Origin: Ferrithrix thermotolerans DSM 19514
GTDB lineage: Bacteria > Actinomycetota > Acidimicrobiia > Acidimicrobiales > Ilumatobacteraceae
Direction: 5' to 3'
Length of the DNA stretch: 64,000 nucleotides
Assembly (NCBI GenBank): GCA_945861025.1
Contig: CAMASN010000005.1
Span: 7,239-71,238 of the forward strand
This document shows positions 24,284-31,873 of the stretch, piece after piece. The position numbers and the translations under genes were made by a program. Each line of letters begins with the position of its first letter. Positions within the stretch are counted from its first letter, which is position 1. The notes under the pieces are model-generated. The model made no database searches and had not been told where the DNA came from. It saw nothing but the letters and a program-made list of their open reading frames with translations.

Positions 24284-26935
24284 ATGTTTCTTCGCCGGTC
24301 TGCGCTCGTACTTGTTCTCACCGTGGGCCTGCTGCCGTTAGCTGCGCAGCCGGCCATCGCCGTTACTCCTGGCACCCAAGTAGACCTCACGGGGGCGCTC
24401 TCGCCGCCTGCAAACCTGTCGACATCGGGCGACTTCGCCACCGACACGTTCAGCGATCCGTGGGACTTCTCGAACGCCGAAGACATCATCCCCATCGTCG
24501 GCGCTGGTGTCGCAAACGCCGATGCTGTTGATCTCTCTGGCGGTGTGCTGACGGCCGCCACCAGAAACTATGCCGAGCTGCGATTGCTGATGAACTGGTC
24601 GCAAACCAGTGCGGTACTGCCATGGGGGCACGACGGATGGAAGCGCCCTATCGATGGTGGGCGCTACACGCAGGTCACCATGCGCATTCGTGCCGAAGCC
24701 GATATGAGCTTCGCGATTCGATGGTGGAACGCTGCGGGCCAAGAGGGTTTGATTGGCTTCAACCTGTTGGCTACTCCCGGATTCCAGAACGTGCATTTCG
24801 ATCTCACCGATCGCAGCAACTACAAGGCCGCTGGGGCTGCTGCGGTGTGGGGCGGGCACATTGTTCGCTTTGAACTGTTCCGCGGCATCGCTCTTGCTGG
24901 CGGTGACCCAGCAATCAACGTGCAGATCGATTGGGTGCGCCTGCATCGTGCCGGCGCATCGCAAACTCCGCCCACCGGAGTGCCGCGTCCAGTGGTGATC
25001 ACGCCTAACGAAGAAGGCGGCGCTGACTACGCCACCGTCGAGCGTGGAAACCCGTGGGACTTTGCAGGCATGGACGACGTGAACCTCACCAACGACGTCG
25101 CCTTTCTTTCCACCGCGAGCGGCGACCTCACCGGCTCCAGCGTGCGTAACGACCCGTTCATTGGATTGGCCCTCGGACCGCCGTTGAACACCGATCGCTA
25201 TCACCACCTCACTGTCGACGTTTGCTACAACGGTGGCTTCAGCCTCGGCGGCGGCTCGGGTGAAGGCATGGTTGGTCGCATGGCGTGGATGCCCGCTGGA
25301 ACATGGACAGAGACGCAGGACTTCATTGTGTTCCCCGGATGCCACCGGATGTCGATCGATATGTCCACCGCCCCGCCGGGGGCGATACATGACCAGAACA
25401 GCGGCATCGTGTCGGGTTGGCGTGGCCAGCGCCCCACGCGTCTGCGGTTCGACCTCAACGAAGACCCAGGTGTGCGAGCGTTCAACCTGCGTGAGATTCG
25501 CTTGGCCGACGACGCAGCCTTCAGCTCGAGTTACCCGATCACGTTTGCCGATGCCGCCGGCGCAGCCAACGCCAAAGCCGACATCTATGTCACCACCACC
25601 CGTGGCAGTTACAGCGGAACGCAGATTGCCAGCAACATCTCGGTGGTCGGTGGGGTCAACACGTTCAACTGGAACGGCACCGATGTTGCGGGTTCAGCAA
25701 TGGCCAACGGCACCTATTGGGTCTACATCGTGATGCGTAACACCTCGGGTTCTGGCGTGGGCTACGCGTCGGGTCCGTTGCGTCAAGAGAAGCCGGTGCC
25801 TCCAACGCCGAGTTACTTTGTGCCGCTCACACCGTCCCGCTTGCTCGACACTCGCACTGGAGAGGGCGGCAACATCGTTCCGTTGAACACGGGGGTCTTC
25901 ACCGAACTCAACGTGGCGGGTCTTGGCGGTGTGCCCGCCGTTGGCGTCACCGCGGTGGTGATGAACGTGACCGTTACCGAGCCAACATGGTTTGGCTTCA
26001 TCACGGCGTGGCCATCGGGCGAGGCGCAACCGTTGGTCTCAAACCTCAACTTCGTGCCCGGCCAAACCGTACCAAATTTGGTCACGGTGAAACTCGGGGC
26101 CAACGGCAAAGTGAACCTGTTCAACTCAATCGGCAGCACCCATCTCATCGCCGATGTGGCCGGTTATTACACCGCTTCGCCTCCGCCGTCGGGCGGCCGA
26201 TTTACCGCAGTGACTCCAGCTCGATTGCTCGACACCCGCGATGGCACCGGCACTGGTGGCAACACGGCTCCCATCGGGCGGGCCGCATCTATCAACCTCT
26301 CTGTCACGGGCGTTGGCGGAGTTCCGTCAACGGGTGTTTCGGGCGTGGCGTTGAACGTGACGGTTGATCAGCCCACTGGCCAGGGATTCGTTACGGTGTG
26401 GCCCGCCGGGGAGGCGCGGCCGAATGCGTCGACACACAACTATGTGCCCGGTCTCACGGTGGCCAACTTGGTGGTCTCAAAGGTTGGTGGCAACGGCCAG
26501 GTGAGCATCTTCAACTCGGCTGGCTCTTCGCATGTGGTTGCCGATGTCATTGGCTACTTCTCGGCGCGTGGTGGAGCATTCGTTCCTGTTGCACCGCAAC
26601 GACTCGTCGATACTCGCGATGGCACTGGTGTGCGCCCGGGTGGCATTGGCCAACGCCAGTCGTTGGGCTTACCGATGACTACAAATAGTCCGGTGCCCAG
26701 CGGAGCCACTGCAGTCATCGTCAACGTCACCTCGGTGAACAGTTCGGCGCCGTCGTTTGTCACGGTGTGGCCCACAGGTTCGACAATGCCGTTGGCATCA
26801 ACGCTGAATCCTGTGATTGGTTGGCCGGTGCCAAACCAGGCGTATCTTCGCCTCGGCCAAGACGGGTCGCTACAGGCCTACAACAACGCGGGCCGCACCG
26901 ACCTCATCGTCGACGTGTTCGGCTACGTGCTCTAA
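24284..26935 (+). CDS. Secreted multidomain protein: signal peptide, two 'PWDF' jelly-roll-like modules, an FlgD-Ig-like domain, and 3 tandem ~120-aa repeats
   Basis: Start at MFLRRSALVLVLTVGLLPLAAQPAIA (signal peptide). Internal duplication DPWDFSNAED.../NPWDFAGMDD... NTFNWNGTDVAGSAMANGTYWVYIV is FlgD-Ig-like. The C-terminal triple repeat is listed as a separate feature. Confidence 0.8.
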   Translation: MFLRRSALVLVLTVGLLPLAAQPAIAVTPGTQVDLTGALSPPANLSTSGDFATDTFSDPWDFSNAEDIIPIVGAGVANADAVDLSGGVLTAATRNYAELRLLMNWSQTSAVLPWGHDGWKRPIDGGRYTQVTMRIRAEADMSFAIRWWNAAGQEGLIGFNLLATPGFQNVHFDLTDRSNYKAAGAAAVWGGHIVRFELFRGIALAGGDPAINVQIDWVRLHRAGASQTPPTGVPRPVVITPNEEGGADYATVERGNPWDFAGMDDVNLTNDVAFLSTASGDLTGSSVRNDPFIGLALGPPLNTDRYHHLTVDVCYNGGFSLGGGSGEGMVGRMAWMPAGTWTETQDFIVFPGCHRMSIDMSTAPPGAIHDQNSGIVSGWRGQRPTRLRFDLNEDPGVRAFNLREIRLADDAAFSSSYPITFADAAGAANAKADIYVTTTRGSYSGTQIASNISVVGGVNTFNWNGTDVAGSAMANGTYWVYIVMRNTSGSGVGYASGPLRQEKPVPPTPSYFVPLTPSRLLDTRTGEGGNIVPLNTGVFTELNVAGLGGVPAVGVTAVVMNVTVTEPTWFGFITAWPSGEAQPLVSNLNFVPGQTVPNLVTVKLGANGKVNLFNSIGSTHLIADVAGYYTASPPPSGGRFTAVTPARLLDTRDGTGTGGNTAPIGRAASINLSVTGVGGVPSTGVSGVALNVTVDQPTGQGFVTVWPAGEARPNASTHNYVPGLTVANLVVSKVGGNGQVSIFNSAGSSHVVADVIGYFSARGGAFVPVAPQRLVDTRDGTGVRPGGIGQRQSLGLPMTTNSPVPSGATAVIVNVTSVNSSAPSFVTVWPTGSTMPLASTLNPVIGWPVPNQAYLRLGQDGSLQAYNNAGRTDLIVDVFGYVL
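25817..26932 (+). repeat. Three tandem protein-level repeats (25817-26200, 26201-26578, 26579-26932) of an unnamed module
   Basis: Each copy runs F-x-[PA]-[LV]-x-P-x-R-L-[LV]-D-T-R ... N-V-T-[VS] ... F-[IV]-T-[AV]-W-P-x-G ... S-x-[LH]-N ... V-[PA]-N ... [IV]-[AV]-D-V-x-G-Y. Confidence 0.75.
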
Positions 26936-28806
26936 CGAACTCGGTAGATGTAGCGCTCGCCAGCGGTGTTCGGTTCGTCGACAAGTTGCAGACACACACC
27001 ATCGGCTGCCTGCTCGGTGATCACATACGTGATGCCCAGTTTTTGTAGCGCGGCATCGCACGTTGGTGTGGTGATCACGATCTGATCGGTCACGGGTAGG
27101 GCAATGTCGATGCCCGGCAGTTCGTCGTTGATCTCCATCGACACCATTGCGAAGCGATCCCATGTGTTGCGGTTATCGGCTGCCGGATCAAGCTTTGTCC
27201 ATGCGGCTGGATCGGCGTACCAACTCACGTGCGTGGCGGTTGGTACTCCGGATGCGGCCAAGATCGATAGCGCATGCCCGGCTCCGGCGCCGAGGGCTGC
27301 CCATGCAGCCGACTCGTTGCCAACGCGCTCGCGTTGAATCTGCAGCATCAGTGGGTCGCGCGTGATGGGCTCGAGACCCACTTGAATTGGGTTGATTCGC
27401 GCTGATCCGATGAGCAAGAACGCGCATGCGCTGCCAAGCCCGAGCACGACTCGACCGTTCAATATTGCAGCGACAACCAAGCTGATCAGCGCCAGCAGAA
27501 TCAGGATTCGAGGGTTCCCTACCGGTGCGTCTTTGATGGTGGTCTGGGCGCCAACCCATCCGGTAACAAACACAAACATGAGCGTGGCGATGAGCACGCG
27601 ATCTCGAGACGGTCGAACGCTTGGGTCGCTGACAATGCGGTGCACATACAGTCCGGCGGCAAGCGCTCCGGCCACCGTGAGCGGCAACATCAAACGATCG
27701 CCGGGAACGCTGGTGAGGCCCAACAGTGATCCCACGAATGAAGGCACAGGCAGCAGTGCCCATGCGGCAAGGATCATTGAAACGGTGAGCACCGCAGCGA
27801 GAGCGCGGCTGGCTTGTTCACGAGATCTGAATCCGCTGAAACCGCCACCCACGATGAGGATGGGCAGCCACAGCATGAGGCCCGACGATGCTTCTGACTG
27901 ATTGGTGCCGTTGTGGTTCGCCATCGGTGCGGTGGTGGCGTACACGTCGTAGGGGGCACCGAACAGCAGGGATGGTCGCGCAACACCACTCGGCGAGATG
28001 CGATGACCTGGGTACACCGAGTTCGAGATGGCCTTCAACGCCACCTGGTGGTCGCGAAGGTAGATGGCCATGACGATGACGAGCACGCCGCCAAACGCTG
28101 CGGCGAACATCGCTACCTGCCGCCACCCGATGAAGGTGCCTCTCAGCTGCGTGAGCGCTATGGCTCCGAAGATCAAACTGAGCGGCAGCAGCCACGGCAG
28201 ATACAGCAGCACGGCGAAGCAACTAGCAACCCATCCAGCGGCAGCGGCAAGCGCGTAGCGTCGGCGGCCGTGGTGTCGGCATGCCATGATGAACAACGCC
28301 AGCATGGTGCCGCCGTAGAGAACCGATAGGCCTGTCGTGGGGATAGCCCACCACACGGTGGCTGGGGCAAGCGTGACCAGCAGCCCCGAGAAAATCGACA
28401 CCCACCGCGAGCGAGTGAGCGCAGCAACGACTGCGTAGATACCCAACAGCGGGCCAAGTGCAACGAGCCACCATTCGATCGCAAAGGCCCGCTCGACATC
28501 GAGCACGAAGTACGACCACGAATGCGGCTTGGCGATGGATGACAACGCCTTCACGGGCAGATCTGAGAGCACGCCGGTGTCGTGAACTCCGACGCCAAGC
28601 TGGGTGGTGGCCGGAAAACTCAGCGCCGCTTGGCGGATCACTAACGGTGTTCGCGTGAGCCATTCGTCGGTGCGGATGGGGCGAGGGGTGAGCGCGGTTT
28701 GTGCCGACGGGTCGGTCTCAGAATGCAGCGCGATGGAACTGCCGCTGACCTTGAACATCCCTAGTACGAAGATGAGGGCCAACACAACAAGGGGAGGGGC
28801 GAGCAT
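26932..28806 (-). CDS. Large polytopic membrane protein with a C-terminal soluble domain; GT-C-like candidate; start uncertain
   Basis: 685-aa track ORF. The hydrophobic core starts at MLAPPLVVLALIFVLGMF, followed by more than 10 hydrophobic segments. The stop overlaps the stop of the convergent secreted-protein gene. Confidence 0.6.
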   Translation of the reverse strand: MLAPPLVVLALIFVLGMFKVSGSSIALHSETDPSAQTALTPRPIRTDEWLTRTPLVIRQAALSFPATTQLGVGVHDTGVLSDLPVKALSSIAKPHSWSYFVLDVERAFAIEWWLVALGPLLGIYAVVAALTRSRWVSIFSGLLVTLAPATVWWAIPTTGLSVLYGGTMLALFIMACRHHGRRRYALAAAAGWVASCFAVLLYLPWLLPLSLIFGAIALTQLRGTFIGWRQVAMFAAAFGGVLVIVMAIYLRDHQVALKAISNSVYPGHRISPSGVARPSLLFGAPYDVYATTAPMANHNGTNQSEASSGLMLWLPILIVGGGFSGFRSREQASRALAAVLTVSMILAAWALLPVPSFVGSLLGLTSVPGDRLMLPLTVAGALAAGLYVHRIVSDPSVRPSRDRVLIATLMFVFVTGWVGAQTTIKDAPVGNPRILILLALISLVVAAILNGRVVLGLGSACAFLLIGSARINPIQVGLEPITRDPLMLQIQRERVGNESAAWAALGAGAGHALSILAASGVPTATHVSWYADPAAWTKLDPAADNRNTWDRFAMVSMEINDELPGIDIALPVTDQIVITTPTCDAALQKLGITYVITEQAADGVCLQLVDEPNTAGERYIYRVR

Positions 28807-28902
28807 TGATCGAGACACTCGGGTTCGGGTGTCTCTGAGCCGCACAGGATTTCCTTCGCTGATGGGTGATACCGGAGGAATCAACTGGCCAAGTCTAGCA
28901 TT

Positions 28903-29274
28903 GTGACCATGAGCGTCATTGTGAAGCAGAGCGCTGTCATCTTCGTGTGCGGGGCAGCATTGCTCGTGCTCACCGTCAGGTTGCTGCATCGCCGCCGCTT
29001 GTCATTCCACTATGCATCGGGCTGGGTGGCGGTGTCGCTGGCGGTCATTGCATCGTCGTTGCTCACCCCGTTGGTTGGCCCTGTTGCCCGGCTGTTCTCG
29101 ATGAGTGGCACAGCAGTGTTTCTTGTGGTGGCGGTTGGTTTCGTTGTGGCGATGTGTCTGCAGTTGTCGATCAGCGTCTCGTTGTTGCACGAGCGTGCGC
29201 GTGACCTTGCCGAGGCCAACGCAATGCTGCGCGCCGAGCTCGATCGTCGCATTCCAGCATCTGACACTCACTGA
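28903..29274 (+). CDS. Small 3-4 TM membrane protein, DUF2304-like
   Basis: 123 aa. Hydrophobic helices, then a C-terminal amphipathic tail LHERARDLAEANAMLRAELDRR. ATGA-coupled to the following GT2, which is the usual genomic context of DUF2304-type proteins. Confidence 0.65.
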   Translation: MTMSVIVKQSAVIFVCGAALLVLTVRLLHRRRLSFHYASGWVAVSLAVIASSLLTPLVGPVARLFSMSGTAVFLVVAVGFVVAMCLQLSISVSLLHERARDLAEANAMLRAELDRRIPASDTH

Positions 29275-30065
29275 TGAAACCTGCTCTCGTACTTATCCCC
29301 GCGTACAACGAAGAGACGTCGGTCGGTGGCATCGTGCAGCGAGTGCTCGCCGCTGGCCTCGACTGCGCCGTCGTTGTCGATGGGTCGGTAGACCTCACAG
29401 CCCGCCGCGCTCGCGAGGCCGGAGCAGTCGTCATCGAGTTGCCGGTGAACCTTGGTATCGGTGGCGCGCTGCGGTGTGGGTTCCGTTACGCGATTGAGCA
29501 TGGCTACGAACGTGTCGTGCAGTGCGACGCCGATGGCCAGCATCCGCCCGAAGACATACCCCGCCTCATCGACGAAGCCGAGCGGCTGAACGCTCACTTG
29601 CTTATTGGCTCGCGCTGGCTTGCGGGCTCTGGCGATTACGACCTGCACGGCGCGCGTCGGTTCGCGATGAAGATGCTGTCGCGGCTTGCGTACTCTCGTG
29701 GGCGCGTGCGCGTGCGCGACTCGACCTCGGGCTTCCGGGTCATCTCAGAGCCCTTGCTCACCGAGTTCGCTCGTTCGTATCCGGCGCAGTTCATGGAGTC
29801 GTTCGAAGTGCTCGTGTCATCGGGCCGCGCTGGGTATCGCGTGTGCGAGGTGCCTGCCGATTTCAGCCAACGTGTAGCGGGCGAAGCGTCAACGAGTTCG
29901 TTCAGAGCCGTCTGGCAGATTGTGCGCGTCGGCATCGGTGCGCTGATGGGCCTTGGCCCGCGATTCAGACCGTTTGCTGAGAATCGCGGCGATGGGGCAG
30001 GTCGTTCAACAGCAACGAACCCTTCTGTCGCGACGCTGCAAATCGACCCCGAACCAGGTCGCTGA
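29274..30065 (+). CDS. GT2 polyprenyl-phosphate glycosyltransferase (DPM1/GtrB-like)
   Basis: LVLIPAYNEETSVGGIV...VVVDGSVDLT...VQCDADGQHPPEDIPRLI. Confidence 0.85.
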   Translation: MKPALVLIPAYNEETSVGGIVQRVLAAGLDCAVVVDGSVDLTARRAREAGAVVIELPVNLGIGGALRCGFRYAIEHGYERVVQCDADGQHPPEDIPRLIDEAERLNAHLLIGSRWLAGSGDYDLHGARRFAMKMLSRLAYSRGRVRVRDSTSGFRVISEPLLTEFARSYPAQFMESFEVLVSSGRAGYRVCEVPADFSQRVAGEASTSSFRAVWQIVRVGIGALMGLGPRFRPFAENRGDGAGRSTATNPSVATLQIDPEPGR

Positions 30066-30888
30066 GCATCTGCACCACGAGGTGCGCACGAACGAGAATA
30101 CGGTGCCTGCACGCCCGTGCTGTGCGAGTCCAACCTTGGTTGAGCGCTCGCGCTTCAAGCGCTCGAGCGAAACCAATCTCTTCGACGAAACGTTGTGAGT
30201 CGGCGGTGAGCGTTGATGTTTGGTTCGACCCATGGCGGCGGTATTCGTAGAGCGGTTGGCGAACGGCCCGCAAGCGCGAGCCGGCGAGCAGCAACGTGGC
30301 CATGTGCTCAAGGTCGAGCATGAACTTCCAGCCGCCATCGAACGGGTCGGCGGCCAGTGAGGCAGCTCGATAACAAAGCGTTGGGCAAAACACGTAGTTG
30401 CCGGCAGCGATTCCAGCCAGTCCGTGATCGCCCACGACGTCGTGATCGGCTGCCGGTCGGCGGATGAGTCGCTTGGCGAGATCGGGAAGGGATCGGGCGG
30501 GTAAGCCGCCGGGTCCGATGATGACGGCATCGGTGAACACGCCGGCAGCATCGGGGTGTGCAGCTGCAGCAGCGAGCACAGCTTCTGCGTAGCCGGGCAA
30601 CAACCGGTCATCAGAGTGCAACAACGTGACGTAGGGCGTGGTGGCGTGGCGCAGACATTCGTTCCAGTTGCCAGCCAGTCCGAGGTTGACCTCGTTGCGC
30701 ACGTAGCTGATGCGGGGGTCATCGAGCGCTGCCACTAGATCTGCAGCGGACTCGGGTCCAGCATCGTCGACGACGATCATCTCCCAGTTCGAGGTGGTTT
30801 GCGCGAGCACGCTGTCGATTGCCTCGCGGAGGTACCCGAGGTTGCTGTAATAAGGAATTGCAAACGTGATCGCGGCTGGGAAAGTCAC
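29965..30888 (-). CDS. Family 2 glycosyltransferase
   Basis: ITFAIPYYSNLGYLREAIDSVLAQTTSNWEMIVVDDAGPE...LLHSDD. The 3' end overlaps the convergent GT2 gene by 101 nt. Confidence 0.8.
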   Translation of the reverse strand: MTFPAAITFAIPYYSNLGYLREAIDSVLAQTTSNWEMIVVDDAGPESAADLVAALDDPRISYVRNEVNLGLAGNWNECLRHATTPYVTLLHSDDRLLPGYAEAVLAAAAAHPDAAGVFTDAVIIGPGGLPARSLPDLAKRLIRRPAADHDVVGDHGLAGIAAGNYVFCPTLCYRAASLAADPFDGGWKFMLDLEHMATLLLAGSRLRAVRQPLYEYRRHGSNQTSTLTADSQRFVEEIGFARALEARALNQGWTRTARACRHRILVRAHLVVQMLSDLVRGRFAASRQKGSLLLNDLPHRRDSQQTV

Positions 30889-30955
30889 TGAGCGCCGAGG
30901 CTAATGCGCCGGTGTGAGCGTGTCGGGCTACGACCGGTTCTCCTAGGCTGGGGCG

Positions 30956-31561
30956 GTGACGTCGAAGCCGCAGCCATCAACCAGCGATGCCGCGTACGCC
31001 CGGCGGTTGCAGCGACTGTCGGCGCGTGGCGGGTGGGCGCGCCGAGTCATCGATCCGCAGATCCCATACCGATGGAATCTGAGGCGCATGCAACCGGGCT
31101 TTGTGCTCGACATCGGCTGCGGAATCGGCCGCAACTTGGCGCATCTCAACGGCCACGGCGTAGGCGTGGATCACAACCCAACCAGCGTTGCTGCGTGTGT
31201 CAGCGGCGGCCTCACGGCTTTCTCTCCGGAAGACTTCGAGCAAAGCCGCTACGCCGAAAGCAACACCTTCGACTCCGTGCTCTTGGCACATGTGGTTGAG
31301 CACATGACCGAAGTCGAAGCTTGTGACCTCATCACTGCGTATCTTGCCTACCTTCGGCCTGGCGGACGTGTGATTTTGATTACCCCGCAAGAACGGGGTC
31401 AAGCGAGCGATCACACCCATGTGCGCTTTGTTGATTACGCCGCGGTGCATGGTCTCGCACGTCAGGTCGGCCTTGGCGTGGTGGCGCTGCGTTCGTTTCC
31501 GCTGCCACGTGTGGCCGGTCGGGTGTTCACCTACAACGAGACGGTTGCGGTCCTCGCGTAG
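30956..31561 (+). CDS. Class I SAM-dependent methyltransferase
   Basis: GTG start. VLDIGCGIGRNLAHL motif I, then LLAHVVEHMTEVEA...GGRVILITP. Confidence 0.75.
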   Translation: MTSKPQPSTSDAAYARRLQRLSARGGWARRVIDPQIPYRWNLRRMQPGFVLDIGCGIGRNLAHLNGHGVGVDHNPTSVAACVSGGLTAFSPEDFEQSRYAESNTFDSVLLAHVVEHMTEVEACDLITAYLAYLRPGGRVILITPQERGQASDHTHVRFVDYAAVHGLARQVGLGVVALRSFPLPRVAGRVFTYNETVAVLA

Positions 31562-31873
31562 GGCGTTAACGCTTCGGCAACCACAGCCCGACGAAATCCT
31601 CTGCGCTTGAGCAGGGAAGTGTCTATCGCTTCACGGGTAGGGACTAATGGCCCTCACTTCGCTACCGGCGGCCTTCATAGCCTGCAAGCGCCCCAAAGTT
31701 TGCGAGATGTCGTGGTTATGCGAGACGGCTCAAAGACAACCGTTTGTTGCTCACCCTTGGTGGTAAGCGACCCTCAAGGAAGTCTCAAGATCCACACATT
31801 TGGTGTTCGTTGCTCAAGCAACGGCTCGTTTGTGTCGAAACACCTCACAGATGGTTTTCGAGAAGGAACTGCT

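Noticed and set aside
31607-31873. 89-aa upstream extension of the CAP/repeat protein ORF
   Set aside because: It has no signal peptide or motif. A canonical signal peptide with a GAAGGAA RBS begins at 31874.
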